DNA of 64,000 bases from an uncultured delta proteobacterium (GCA_963745835.1 CAVUZH010000013.1:320001-384000), one strand, 5' to 3'; counted from the stretch's first letter, positions 20,224-30,972 are shown. The notes: generated from the sequence alone by a model not told the origin. Numbers and translations: made by a program.

Positions 20224-21870
20224 ATGCGAGTTGTTGATGCCATCAGCCAAATTCTTAAACGTGAAGGTGTTGATTTTCTTGCTTGCTACCCAACCAATAC
20301 CCTGATCGAGGCTGCCGCGGCGGCGGGGATCAAACCGTTGATCTGTCGTCAAGAAAGAGTCGGTGTCGGCATCGCCGACGGTTATACCCGGATCTCAAAT
20401 GGCCGGCGCATTGGCGTGTTTACGATGCAGGCGGGGCCCGGAGCGGAAAACGCCTATTCAGGCATTACTACTGCCTATTCCGACTCGGTTCCAGTTCTGC
20501 TTTTACCGGTCGGGCACGCTCGATCCACTTCTCAGGTTCATCACTTCTTTAGATCAACGCAATCCTACGCGACGGTAACCAAGTGGACCGAAGAAATTGC
20601 CCTGGCTTCTCATACCAGCGATGTCATGCGACGCGCATTCAGCCTTTTGAAAATGGGCCGGCCCGGACCCGTGCTTGTTGAGATTCCGGCAGACGTAGCG
20701 ACTGAGGAGATGAACGATAACGAACTCATATATGCCCCGGTCAGACGCACGGTTAGTGGAGCAAATCCTCAGGATATCGCTGAAGCCGCGCGGATTCTGG
20801 TGCAAGCTCATTCACCAGTTATCATTGCCGGACAAGGCGTACTCTACGCCGAGGCATCGGATGAATTGGTCGAGCTTGCCGAATTGCTGCACGCGCCGGT
20901 GACCACGCCGCTCGAAGGCAAGAGCGCATTCCCGGAAACTCATCCATTGTCGCTCGGCACAGGCGCTGGGGTTATGCCCCCGACAGTGCACGAGTTTTTG
21001 CAGGCGGCCGATGTCGTATTCGCTATCGGCGCGAGTCTTACCCGGCATAGCATTGTCGCTGCGCCTATTCCTCCCGGCAAAACCATTATTCATGCGACCA
21101 ACGACGAGCGCGACCTCAATAAACACTATATCGCCGACGTTCCGATCCTAGGTGATGCCAAGCCGGTGCTCAGTCAACTGATTGAAGCAGTAAAAGATGC
21201 TCAAGGCGCGAACCGACCAAAAAAAGCGGATGCGGTAACCGCGAAGATTAAGGAAATAAGGGATCCCTGGCTAGAGCAGTGGATGCCTAAGCTCAGTTCC
21301 AAAGAAGTTCCGATTAACCCCTATCGGGTTTTTTGGGAGTTCATGCGCGCCATCGATCCCAGAGACGCGATTATCACTCATGATGCCGGGAGCCCGCGCA
21401 ATCAACTGGTTCCGTTTTATCAAGCGCCCATCCCGCGCAGTTACATCGGATGGGGAAAATCTCATGCGCTTGGCACCGGACTTGGGCTCATCATGGGCGC
21501 CAAATTGGCAGCACCAGAAAAATTCTGCGTCAACTTCATGGGCGATGCTGCCTTCGGCATGACCGGGCTGGACTTCGAAACGGCGGTCCGATGCAATATT
21601 CCGATCCTAACAGTCGTGTTGAACAATAATTTCATGGCCGCTGAAACGCGCCACATGGCGACCTCGCATAAACTTTTTGGCACGCAGAACGTCGGCGGCA
21701 ATTATGCGGATATTGGTCGGGCGCTCGGCGGTTGGAGCGAAAGAGTCGAGGATCCGGATAAAATCGCGCCGGCCTTCGAGCGCGCCAAGAAGGCCACACA
21801 GGACGGTAAGGCAGCGCTCTTGGAGTTCATCACCAGCCGTGAGCACCAGTATTCACGGATGGGCGAGTAA
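20224..21870 (+). CDS. Thiamine-diphosphate-dependent enzyme (acetolactate synthase superfamily, specificity unknown)
   Basis: RQERVGVGIADG, GPGAEN, GRPGPVLVEIP, GDAAFGM...LNN ThDP motif. Confidence 0.9.
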   Translation: MRVVDAISQILKREGVDFLACYPTNTLIEAAAAAGIKPLICRQERVGVGIADGYTRISNGRRIGVFTMQAGPGAENAYSGITTAYSDSVPVLLLPVGHARSTSQVHHFFRSTQSYATVTKWTEEIALASHTSDVMRRAFSLLKMGRPGPVLVEIPADVATEEMNDNELIYAPVRRTVSGANPQDIAEAARILVQAHSPVIIAGQGVLYAEASDELVELAELLHAPVTTPLEGKSAFPETHPLSLGTGAGVMPPTVHEFLQAADVVFAIGASLTRHSIVAAPIPPGKTIIHATNDERDLNKHYIADVPILGDAKPVLSQLIEAVKDAQGANRPKKADAVTAKIKEIRDPWLEQWMPKLSSKEVPINPYRVFWEFMRAIDPRDAIITHDAGSPRNQLVPFYQAPIPRSYIGWGKSHALGTGLGLIMGAKLAAPEKFCVNFMGDAAFGMTGLDFETAVRCNIPILTVVLNNNFMAAETRHMATSHKLFGTQNVGGNYADIGRALGGWSERVEDPDKIAPAFERAKKATQDGKAALLEFITSREHQYSRMGE

Positions 21871-21985
21871 AGAGATTCGATGCGCACGACCTAGGGGTTG
21901 AATAGCTGATTGCTGTGATCGCCACTGCCACGACTCGCCAACCTTGTCAGGTTTATTGACTAAATGAAGATGAATTGATAGCTGC

Positions 21986-22312
21986 ATGTGGATGAAGGCG
22001 GTGATTTGTCACGGGGTGGTGGTGATTTTTTTTCTCTTCGGCGGATTAGCCGTGCATTCTTTCCAACCCGAAAGCTATGCTCAGAGCTTTGCCGAAGATT
22101 TTGAGGTTTTTGACCGACAAGACGATTCGATGAATTCCTCCACCATTCGCAGGCTTCGTGCCGGCAACCCCAGATTAGGAACGCCGCCCGCGCGAACAGC
22201 GACGGCCAGCGAAAATTTATTTCGAACTGTCTTTCTTAACCGCACAACTCCTCTGCCCACCCACAGTAGCAAACAAGATCTCCACACTTTTGACGTCGTT
22301 TTGCGCATCTAA
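21986..22312 (+). CDS. Hypothetical protein with N-terminal hydrophobic segment
   Basis: 108-aa ORF with signal-like N-terminus filling the gap before TerC; no motif recognised. Confidence 0.35.
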   Translation: MWMKAVICHGVVVIFFLFGGLAVHSFQPESYAQSFAEDFEVFDRQDDSMNSSTIRRLRAGNPRLGTPPARTATASENLFRTVFLNRTTPLPTHSSKQDLHTFDVVLRI

Positions 22313-22394
22313 CACCACCGCTGCTCTAAACCTTGCCTGTATTGAAACCAGGGCCTCCGATTGCCCGCATAAGTTAGACGTGAAGGGATATACA

Positions 22395-23321
22395 ATGGAT
22401 TCGCAAGTGTTGTTGTGGGTCGTTTTTAACATCTTTGTTTTAGGCATACTGGCCATCGACCTGCTAGTGCTCCATCGCAAAGCGCACGCTGTTTCATTGC
22501 GGGAGGCCTTGGCTTGGAGCTGCGTCTGGGTCTCCCTGGCCCTTCTTTTCGGCATCGGAATCTACTTTTTTCGCGGTGGGGAAAAGGCGCTGGAGTTTCT
22601 GACCGGCTATGTCATCGAGTGGTCCTTGAGTGTGGATAATCTTTTTGTTTTCCTGGTAATTTTTTCATACTTCGCAGTTCCCTCTATGTACCAGCACCGA
22701 GTCTTATTCTGGGGCATTTTAGGGGCACTGGTCTTGCGCGCCATCTTTATTGCCACCGGGGCAGCCTTGCTGGCCAACTTTCACTGGATGATTTATGTCT
22801 TCGGCGGCTTCCTCATCTTCACCGGAATCAAGTTGCTGTTTGTTGGCGAAGAAAAAATTGAGCCGGAAAAAAATCCGGCTGTCCGTTTGGTGCGGCGCTT
22901 CATCAACGTGACCCCGGAGTACCACGGACAACAATTTTTTATCCGTAAAGATGGCAGCCTGTGGGCCACCCCTCTCTTCCTGGTGCTTGTCGTCGTCGAG
23001 ACCACCGATGTTATTTTCGCTGTCGATTCAATCCCGGCCATCTTCGCTATCACTTTAGACCCGTTCATCGTCTATACCTCTAATGTCTTTGCCATCCTTG
23101 GACTTCGGGCTCTTTTCTTCCTCCTGGCGGGAGTCATGGAGATGTTCCGCTATCTTAGGGTTGGTCTAGCCTTCGTGCTCTGTTTCGTCGGCGCGAAGAT
23201 GCTGATTGCCGAGTTTTACAAAGTCCCCATTGGCATGTCGTTAGGCGTGGTCGGCGGGATCTTGCTGATTTCCATTCTGGCGTCTGTGCTCAAGCAACAC
23301 CAAGAAGACAAAGCGCTATAG
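22395..23321 (+). CDS. TerC/Alx family membrane protein (metal, probably Mn, homeostasis)
   Basis: FLTGYVIEWSLSVDNLFVF, QHRVLFWGILGALVLR, ETTDVIFAVDSIPAI, SNVFAILGLR. Confidence 0.93.
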   Translation: MDSQVLLWVVFNIFVLGILAIDLLVLHRKAHAVSLREALAWSCVWVSLALLFGIGIYFFRGGEKALEFLTGYVIEWSLSVDNLFVFLVIFSYFAVPSMYQHRVLFWGILGALVLRAIFIATGAALLANFHWMIYVFGGFLIFTGIKLLFVGEEKIEPEKNPAVRLVRRFINVTPEYHGQQFFIRKDGSLWATPLFLVLVVVETTDVIFAVDSIPAIFAITLDPFIVYTSNVFAILGLRALFFLLAGVMEMFRYLRVGLAFVLCFVGAKMLIAEFYKVPIGMSLGVVGGILLISILASVLKQHQEDKAL

Positions 23322-23519
23322 TCATGCCTCGGATTTGCCCGGGTTTCAGAGCAGGCCAGCCGCAAAGAATTATAATCGGAGCATTGACCCGTTGCGCTTG
23401 ATCACGTCACGCCGACCAATGTATGTTGTGTCCGCTATTGACCGGACTCTCTGGCCTTAGCGTATGGCAATCACGCCGCGGCGGTGTGTTAGTTTAATCA
23501 ATGGGCAGGTAACGTCATA

Positions 23520-24554
23520 GTGGGAAATAATAAAATGATTCCATCGATCGCAATGAGATCAAAGCTGGTTCTCTCGATCAGCTTGATGCTTTTCTGTTTC
23601 AGCAATGAAATTTTGGCTCAGACACTCGATCAGGAGGCGGCGAAAAAGGAAAGTAGAATTGTCGTCTACGGCACGACAATTCCGAACGTCATGGCGCCTA
23701 TTCATACCGGGTTTGAAAAAAAATACGGAGTTAAAGTCGATTATTGGCGCGCATCGGCCACCGCCGTTGTTGACCGAGCGATCACCGAGTGGCGTGCCGG
23801 CAAACCGGGCTTCGACGTTCTATTTGCAATCAACGGAACGATAGCTCTGCTTAAACGCGAAAATGCGCTGGCCAAGTTTAACGCGCCAGCAGCGGCCAAG
23901 TTTCCCGCCCACTTGAAAGACAAGGATGGCGTGCTGACTGCCTTTCGCCATACTCCCGTGAGCATTCTCTACAACACAGAACTGGTGAAGCCCGCCGATC
24001 TGCCGAAAAATTTCGATGATCTCTTGAATCCAAAATGGCAAGGCAAAATCGCCATGCCCGATCCTTCCAGGCACACCAGTACCGCGCAGTTTCTCTGGAA
24101 CATGCAGAAAGTTAAAGGTGAGAAGTGGATGGATTACGCCAGAGCGCTTGCGAAACAGAAGCCGTTTTTGCTGGAGTCGTTCGCGCCTGTGCCGACTGCC
24201 TTAGTAAAGGGTGAAGCGCAACTTGGGATCACTTACGCGCAGTATATTACTCAGGTGAAGGGGCCGCTCAGCCATGTCGTTTTCGACAAAGTCTTGACCG
24301 ATTCGACCGATCTCGCTCTCAGCGCCAAAGCTGCGGCTCCCAACGCGGCCAAGCTCTACATCGATTATCTCTGCACCGCGGATGCGCAAAAGATCATCGC
24401 CGACAGCGGCGACTTCCCGATTGCTCCCGGCATCTATCCCAATCTTAAAGACGCCGAGCGAGTGGTGGCTCATGCACTCTTCATGGAAAATCCATCAGAC
24501 GAACAGTTCACCAAACTCAAGGAAGACTTCCGCAAGATTTTCTTGACGCAGTGA
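23520..24554 (+). CDS. ABC substrate-binding protein, Fe(III)/AfuA-like family
   Basis: Signal peptide; FEKKYG, ILYNTELV, DLLNPKWQGKIAMPDP, PNAAKLYIDY; start may be 23535. Confidence 0.82.
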   Translation: MGNNKMIPSIAMRSKLVLSISLMLFCFSNEILAQTLDQEAAKKESRIVVYGTTIPNVMAPIHTGFEKKYGVKVDYWRASATAVVDRAITEWRAGKPGFDVLFAINGTIALLKRENALAKFNAPAAAKFPAHLKDKDGVLTAFRHTPVSILYNTELVKPADLPKNFDDLLNPKWQGKIAMPDPSRHTSTAQFLWNMQKVKGEKWMDYARALAKQKPFLLESFAPVPTALVKGEAQLGITYAQYITQVKGPLSHVVFDKVLTDSTDLALSAKAAAPNAAKLYIDYLCTADAQKIIADSGDFPIAPGIYPNLKDAERVVAHALFMENPSDEQFTKLKEDFRKIFLTQ

Positions 24555-24626
24555 GGAGACTTGAGCTTTTCTCACCTCTGAGCCGGACTGGTGTTTTCAG
24601 CGCAGCGCATGACCACTCGCGACTAG

Positions 24627-25682
24627 TCATCGGTCGGTGGAAGCCCAAAAAGGTGGATTGCTTCTGAAGATATTCTTAGGAATTTTGGCGTAGACAAGAT
24701 TGACGATGTCCACCGCTTCACCGATTCCCAGATCCACGGCCAAGCTCGACAACGCATACGCATCGGCGGCGGTCAAACCTTTTTCAGCCTGCAGAAAGTC
24801 AACGGTTTCTTGCACCGCGATCCGAGTCGCCTCGTTAAGATCAACGCTAAGCCCCGTCAACAAATAATCCGTGGCCGTTTCGGCCCGCGGCAGCTTGATA
24901 GTCTTGCCTTTATGAAGAAGGAATTGCAGCTTCGGCGCCAATGAGATTTCGATGGCGCCGCCATCAACCTCACCATCGCCTTGCACGGCGTGACCGTCAC
25001 CGGTAAAAAACTGCCCTCCGTTGTTGAACACCGGAAGATACAGTGAGGAACCTACACCCAGAAATTTCAAATCCATATTGCCGCCCCAAGCGCCCGGCGG
25101 CGTTGAAGATACCATACCAAGGCTGGTCGGCGGCGACACCGCCATGATCCCCATGAACGGATTGAGTGGAATTTCGATTTCGCTGGAGAAGAGTGCGACT
25201 CGCCGCTCGAGATCGAGCCGGATCAGCTTGGCCGACTGTTCTTTTAGCAGCTTGGGCAGCACACCTTTACCAGGCCCGGTATTGTTCACTCCATAAGGCA
25301 CGCGGAACCTGATATCGAGCACGCGAACCTCCAAAGTATCGCCCGGCTCCGCCCCTTCGATGTAAATCGGTCCGGTGAGAATATGAACACTTGCCCCTTT
25401 TGGACGCTTCACACCGGAGAAGACCGCCTTTGCGTCAGGCAAAACTTCCTCGCCTGGTATACCGTAGCTGGCGAAAAATCTTTCAGGATCCATCTGCGTC
25501 GTCAGGCCCTGATGCGAGAGCGCTTCGATCTCGACGACGGCGCCGGATTTGATACTCAGCGCCGGTGGCAGATTCGCCGCGATATAGCCCCATAGGACGG
25601 TGTCGGGCCCGGAACGAAGCGTAGCATCCGTAACCGACTGTTTGATTTGTTGATTTGTGTGAGTCGTTATGTCCTCGCTCAT
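24627..25682 (-). CDS. Acetamidase/formamidase family protein
   Basis: HILTGPIYIEGAEPGDTL, PFMGIM, GGNMD, GDGHAVQGDGEV..AIE. Confidence 0.9.
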   Translation of the reverse strand: MSEDITTHTNQQIKQSVTDATLRSGPDTVLWGYIAANLPPALSIKSGAVVEIEALSHQGLTTQMDPERFFASYGIPGEEVLPDAKAVFSGVKRPKGASVHILTGPIYIEGAEPGDTLEVRVLDIRFRVPYGVNNTGPGKGVLPKLLKEQSAKLIRLDLERRVALFSSEIEIPLNPFMGIMAVSPPTSLGMVSSTPPGAWGGNMDLKFLGVGSSLYLPVFNNGGQFFTGDGHAVQGDGEVDGGAIEISLAPKLQFLLHKGKTIKLPRAETATDYLLTGLSVDLNEATRIAVQETVDFLQAEKGLTAADAYALSSLAVDLGIGEAVDIVNLVYAKIPKNIFRSNPPFWASTDR

Positions 25683-26045
25683 ATGCCACGGCACCCTAGC
25701 GGAAACGAGCGCAGACTGTCAACGAAGATGGGCGAAGTCATCAATCTGAACGCTCAGTGATTCGCCCCTTGAATGAATGTCAACCGGGCGCTCACGGATA
25801 GTAACCAACGTGCGAGGACTTGCACAGAAGCGCTTTGCGTTCATAACAGGCCTCCCGATGCCTCAACGGCAACTCCGGCGGCTTAGCTGACTTCGGCTAC
25901 TCTCATCGACGTTCATTGTTCTCAGCCCCTAAGCATCGCGGGCGTCGACATCACCTGTGTCAGTGATGCCACCGGCATTGGGCAGCCCTGTCAAACGACC
26001 TGCCCTAAAGTTCTTTTGATTACAAGTAACTACTAGCTTCTGCCC

Positions 26046-26061
26046 TGGAACAAAGTATGCA
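26046..26061 (+). promoter_or_regulatory. Putative sigma54 (-24/-12) promoter
   Basis: TGGAACAAAGTATGCA: GG-N10-GC spacing, ~60 bp upstream of ATG 26120. Confidence 0.5.
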
Positions 26062-26119
26062 TCTGCCTGCGAACCTGAAAGAAATCGCTAGGCAAATTTT
26101 GCGACATCTGGAGTTTCCA

Positions 26120-26743
26120 ATGTATAAGAGACTAATCGTTTTGTGCTTTGCGCTCGCGAGCGCTACTCCGGCTTCGCCGTCACCAACTCAGGCTCACGAC
26201 GGACGGCTGGATCAATTCGGGTGTCATCACGATCAGGATCAAAAGTACTATCATTGCCATGATGGCCCTTATAGGCGGCTGAGCTTCGATTCCAAAACTC
26301 AGATGGTTCAAAGATTGAGAAATCAGTACATCGCTTTGGGGCGCACGTGGCCGTATGCAGATGCGACAACGACCCCCGAGCAGCCGGGCGCGATCGTAGA
26401 AACCACCCTTGAGCCGGAAGCGGCTCCATTCGATGTGATCAAGGAAGCTCGTTCAGTGAATCGTGCGCAACCCAACAACCGAAGCCAGCACATTTCTCGT
26501 AAGGAAATGGCTAAGCCGACCAATCCTGAAAACTCTCAAACGCATCACAAAATAGAGACTATTGCGAAAAAAGCGCCGGCGCCGCAATCTGAAATACGTC
26601 GAAAGCGAACCGAACCGGAACTGAAGGTATGGGTGACTCAGATTCGAGCTGACGGTCGCCCGATATTCGAGAGTAAAGAAGGGGAACGTTTTTTCTTGGA
26701 TGACAGTGGAACCAAAATTCTGCTAGAGCGCCGCGAATCCTAA
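26120..26743 (+). CDS. Secreted YHYH-domain-like His/Cys-motif protein
   Basis: Signal peptide ending AH; HDGRLDQFGCHH...YHCH motif; GGAG RBS before 26120. Confidence 0.65.
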   Translation: MYKRLIVLCFALASATPASPSPTQAHDGRLDQFGCHHDQDQKYYHCHDGPYRRLSFDSKTQMVQRLRNQYIALGRTWPYADATTTPEQPGAIVETTLEPEAAPFDVIKEARSVNRAQPNNRSQHISRKEMAKPTNPENSQTHHKIETIAKKAPAPQSEIRRKRTEPELKVWVTQIRADGRPIFESKEGERFFLDDSGTKILLERRES

Positions 26744-26829
26744 AACTCTGGGAGCGAGGAATCCATTGATCCAGTCGCTTCCCGCTCCATTATCTGCACG
26801 ATCCGAAGATCATTTGACTGACGCACGCA

Positions 26830-27039
26830 TTAAAACACGAACGCCAACAGTATCAAAAAAACCCCCAGTAAAGCGGAAGCCGGAGCTATAAAAGGCACAT
26901 ATCGAAAGCGGCCTTCCAATTGATCAAAAAAAAGATCGATTTGCTCAAATCGCCGCCGAAGATCGCGCACCAGGAAAAAAGCTACCCCTACAATAATCAG
27001 TCCCATCCCCCACGCCGCCAGCAAATCCGATCGCGTCAC
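26830..27039 (-). CDS. Small two-TM hypothetical membrane protein
   Basis: 69 aa with two hydrophobic helices. Confidence 0.5.
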   Translation of the reverse strand: MTRSDLLAAWGMGLIIVGVAFFLVRDLRRRFEQIDLFFDQLEGRFRYVPFIAPASALLGVFLILLAFVF

Positions 27040-27271
27040 AGCGAATTTTTTAACATAATCCGCATCTGAAGCAAACTAGGACACGACCACGACGCACTTT
27101 GTTACAAGACAGCGGGTTCATCCTAAGGTGAGCTAGTGACAAGTCTGGAGTTACTTGAGGCGTTCAGACTACTTGCGACTCCTTCCGCCAAAATCAGTCT
27201 CTGCACGTTCGAATTTGGATCCCGTTTACTGCTACAATAGTCTCTTAGTCTCCTACAGCTCACCTCAACCA

Positions 27272-27457
27272 ATGCGCAAATTATTAAACGTAGACCAGGT
27301 CGCTCAGCTCTTCGGCGTTTCTAAGCGGACCATTGAAGGGTGGATAAGGGACGGCAAATTACCAAAGCCGACAAGGCGATTCGGCATCCGTAAATGGAAC
27401 AGCGAGCAGCTGGAGCCGCTCCGTAAAAGCGGACGAAGCAGTGAGCAACACGATTGA
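27272..27457 (+). CDS. Excisionase/AlpA-like (MerR-type HTH) DNA-binding protein
   Basis: KLLNVDQVAQLFGVSKRTIEGWIRDGKLPKP..FG.RKW. Confidence 0.75.
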   Translation: MRKLLNVDQVAQLFGVSKRTIEGWIRDGKLPKPTRRFGIRKWNSEQLEPLRKSGRSSEQHD

Positions 27458-27793
27458 GCAGTTGGGAAACTAGCGCTATGAAGCTTGTCTGTTCCTCGAG
27501 TAAATGGCCGGCTTGCAACTCTTACCGCATTCTGAGTCCTTGCGCTTGGTACACGAAGGTGTAATTTCTGATTTCTCAGCGGCCGCTGAATTTCGCTCCT
27601 GCTTCATTCGCCCGCTGAGTTGTCAGCAAAACGGCGTGGCGGAATGGTCTCCGAATCGAGAATGAGGTTCGCATCTTAAAAGCTGCGCCGGTTAATACCG
27701 TCCGAACGCACCAACATCTAAACCGCACTTCACTATTTTGTCCTTCGAAGATCAGCCTCGAGCAATCAGCTCACCCGAAGAAAACACGGATGT

Positions 27794-28906
27794 TTACGTG
27801 ATGAACCTGGCGGGCGAAAAAGCTTCGGCCTTTTTGCCAGCTCCAGCAATTATCAAGTCTGCTGCGAGCGCACCCACCGCCGAGCTGGTCGTTACTCCAT
27901 GCCCGCCGAGCCCCACCACCCAGAAAAACCCCTCAAGGTAGGGATCCCAGCCAATGACAAAACGACCATCGCTTGAGATCGTTCTAAAGCCAGCCCAGTA
28001 TTTGTGAATCGACACGCCTTCCAGTGCGGGCATGTAGCGCTGAATCTTTTCCGCAAGCAGTTCACCAATCGTCGGATCCAGTGGCGGGTCACCAGGGGCC
28101 AATTCCTCCTGATCACAAGCGCAAAGTAGCAGCCCCTCGCCCTCGGGGCGAAAATAAATATCATGTGTCACATCCCAGACAAAAGGCCACCGCGAATCGA
28201 CCCAAGTTAATGGCGGCGAGGTAAATAGATGGCGGCGGTAGGGACGGAGCGGTAACGCACTAGCTCCGGCCATTTGCGCCACGACATTGGCCCACGCGCC
28301 GCTAGCGTTTATTAGAATAGGCGTAGTAACCATTTGATTCTTGGTGCGCAGTTCGAAGGCACCATCTGCCGTGCGCCGGATGGCGCAAACATCAGCCCCA
28401 TAATGAACTTTCGCCCCATGAGCAGTGGCGTACTTCAAATAGCCCGAGAGCAGTCCATGAATATCGACAACCCCATCGGTAGCGCACCATATAGCGCCGT
28501 CAAACTGCGCATCCTGTAAAGCAGCGACATGCCGCCGCGCCTGGCCAGGCGTCCACAGCTCCACCTCCACCCCTAAACTGCGACCGATCTCGGCTTCCTT
28601 TTGCAGCTTTTTCCAACCGTCAGCGCTACCGAGCAGGAGTGAGCCATTCTGTTTGAACTGCACAGGGTCGGGCCAGTCGCCGGGCAAGTTACGCAAGAAA
28701 GCGGCGCCGTCTCGGGTCAGATCAAAGAGAGCAGGCTCAGAGACGCATTGACGAATCATCGCCGCATTTCGACCCGACGAATGAAAGCCGGGGATAGCTT
28801 CTTGTTCCAGCAGGATCACATCGGCTACACCGCGACGGGCGAGATGATAAGCGGTGGCGGCACCGGCAAAACCAGCACCGATGATTACACACTCAGCGGA
28901 AATCAT
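27794..28906 (-). CDS. FAD-dependent oxidoreductase, D-amino acid oxidase/sarcosine oxidase beta family
   Basis: IIGAGFAG, SSGRNA, INASGAWA, WAGFRT, GLGGHG. Confidence 0.9.
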   Translation of the reverse strand: MISAECVIIGAGFAGAATAYHLARRGVADVILLEQEAIPGFHSSGRNAAMIRQCVSEPALFDLTRDGAAFLRNLPGDWPDPVQFKQNGSLLLGSADGWKKLQKEAEIGRSLGVEVELWTPGQARRHVAALQDAQFDGAIWCATDGVVDIHGLLSGYLKYATAHGAKVHYGADVCAIRRTADGAFELRTKNQMVTTPILINASGAWANVVAQMAGASALPLRPYRRHLFTSPPLTWVDSRWPFVWDVTHDIYFRPEGEGLLLCACDQEELAPGDPPLDPTIGELLAEKIQRYMPALEGVSIHKYWAGFRTISSDGRFVIGWDPYLEGFFWVVGLGGHGVTTSSAVGALAADLIIAGAGKKAEAFSPARFIT

Positions 28907-29053
28907 ACTTCAGATCGATCCTTCGAAGATATTCATAGCGGATTCTGGTTGATTCGGCCATACGAACAGATCCTTTACGCCTCCCATTTACCCTTTCATT
29001 CGTGTGCAAAATAGGGTTTTTTTCACTTATGAACTGGGCTATAGTCAAGCCAT

Positions 29054-30880
29054 ATGAGAATCCATCGCTATACTCACTGGGATGGCACGCAACAGGTTCT
29101 CTTTCCCACCACCGAAGATCTACTCAAACATTTATCTGACAACCTTCTCGAGGAAGAAGGAGTGCGGCGCGCCTTACGCGATCTGATGCGGCGCGGCCTA
29201 ACATCGGAAGATGGCCAGCGTTCGGTCAAAGGCATGCGTGACTTTCTTCGCCAAGCCGACGAGAAGCGGCGAGAATTGCTCAACAAGTATTCTCCCGACT
29301 CATTCAAATTAAGCCCGGAAGAAACCCAGCAACTCAGCGACAAGCTCAACAGCTTGGCTGAAAAGCTCGAAGCGTATCACGATAAAATGCGCAACTTTAT
29401 GGAACGTCTCTCGGGTCGTTATGCCGACAGCATGGATGAGATGAACCGTAAGATGCAGGAGGCTTACCAGCGTTATCAAGAATTGCAGAAACGTTTGAAA
29501 AATCAGATCGCAGACCGCAGCAGTCAACAGTCGAGCAATCCCGGCGGGCAGGATTATCAGGGCATGATGAACATGCTGGATCGGATGAATAAGCTGCTGG
29601 AGGATGAGAACTTCCTCAAGAACCTGCCCAATATGCTCGATGCCGCGGTCGATGATCTGGACAATATGCTGGACAATCTCGACTCACTCACTCAAGAGCA
29701 GTTGCAGCAGCTCAGTGACATGATGAATCAGATGCAACAACTTGAGCAGCTGATGAATCAGTATCCGTTTCAGGGTTCGCAACGGATGGGCATGGGTGAA
29801 GCAGGCCAGATCCTCGGCCAACTACGCGGTTTGGAAAAATTTCTTCGTTGGGGTCAGCGCGGCATGGGCGATCCGTCCGAGCTCGATCTGGATGAGATAC
29901 GCAATATGTTAGGCGAGGATGCCTACGAGCAGCTTAAATATCTCAAGGGCGTCGAACAGATGCTCGAAGAAGAAGGGTACATCATACGGACCGGTCACGG
30001 CATGAGACTCACACCGAAGGGGATGAGAAAAATTGGCGATAAGGCGCTGCGGGAAATCTTTCACATGCTCAACAAGAACCGCTGGGGTGATCACTCTACC
30101 TCGGCGCGCGGCTCTCAAGGTGAGCAGCTGGAACAAACCAAGCCCTATGAGTTTGGTGATCCGCTCAATGTAAATATCAGCGAGACACTGATGAACGCGC
30201 TGGAAAGCGGCAACCGCAGCGTTCCGGTGCGGTTAAGACCGGAAGATTTTTCGGTTCATCGCAACGAGTTCTCGACGGATAGCGAAACTGTCCTGTGCAT
30301 CGACGTCAGCTACTCGATGCTAATGAATGACGCGTTACACGCTGGCAAAAAGGTCGCCCTCGCGCTGCATCGCTTGATTGAAACGAAATTTCCCCAAGAC
30401 AAGCTCCATCTGGTGGCATTCCGGTCTAATGCGAAAATAATCAGAGCCGAAGATTTGCCATCGATTGTCTCACTGACGTACTTCATGGAGCATGGCACCG
30501 ATATCAAAGAAGCGCTTCGTTTCGCGCGTCAGCTTCTCGGTTCAAACCGCTCGGCAAATCGGCAAATCATTCTCATCACCGACGGCGAACCCACTGCCGC
30601 CACTCTCGATCAGGGCGGCAGATTGCACAGCGGCTGGGGCTCAGCAATGCTGCACGGTCGTATTGTTCGTGAAACTCTCAAAGAGGTCAGGCGTTGCACC
30701 CAAAGCGGGATCAAGATCAATACCTTCATGCTGGGCGCAGATTTTTACCGGCAGGGTTTCGTTGACCAGCTCTCCCGCCTCAACGCTGGCCGGGTTTTTT
30801 ATACCTCGCCCGATCAGATGGGCAACTACATCGTGGTCGATTATCTGGCGAATAAACGCAAGCGGATCGGCAGCCGCTAA
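29054..30880 (+). CDS. vWA-domain protein with a long helical Met/Gln-rich region
   Basis: Y..WDGTQ N-terminus, LTPKGMRKIG, TKPYEFGD, MIDAS DVSYS, ITDGEPT. Confidence 0.85.
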   Translation: MRIHRYTHWDGTQQVLFPTTEDLLKHLSDNLLEEEGVRRALRDLMRRGLTSEDGQRSVKGMRDFLRQADEKRRELLNKYSPDSFKLSPEETQQLSDKLNSLAEKLEAYHDKMRNFMERLSGRYADSMDEMNRKMQEAYQRYQELQKRLKNQIADRSSQQSSNPGGQDYQGMMNMLDRMNKLLEDENFLKNLPNMLDAAVDDLDNMLDNLDSLTQEQLQQLSDMMNQMQQLEQLMNQYPFQGSQRMGMGEAGQILGQLRGLEKFLRWGQRGMGDPSELDLDEIRNMLGEDAYEQLKYLKGVEQMLEEEGYIIRTGHGMRLTPKGMRKIGDKALREIFHMLNKNRWGDHSTSARGSQGEQLEQTKPYEFGDPLNVNISETLMNALESGNRSVPVRLRPEDFSVHRNEFSTDSETVLCIDVSYSMLMNDALHAGKKVALALHRLIETKFPQDKLHLVAFRSNAKIIRAEDLPSIVSLTYFMEHGTDIKEALRFARQLLGSNRSANRQIILITDGEPTAATLDQGGRLHSGWGSAMLHGRIVRETLKEVRRCTQSGIKINTFMLGADFYRQGFVDQLSRLNAGRVFYTSPDQMGNYIVVDYLANKRKRIGSR

Positions 30881-30972
30881 TTAGAAGCAATAATCCCCTC
30901 TGTTTGGAGAGTATTAACCGCGTCTGAAATGTCGCTTAAAGTCCGCTCCGGATCTCCTTTCTAAGTTGCCGA

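Noticed and set aside
22312-22394. yybP-ykoY Mn riboswitch upstream of TerC/Alx
   Set aside because: The conserved GGGGAGUAG-type motif was not found by eye; an Infernal/Rfam search would settle it.
27272-27457. Prophage or integrative element
   Set aside because: No integrase, att-like repeat or phage structural genes nearby.
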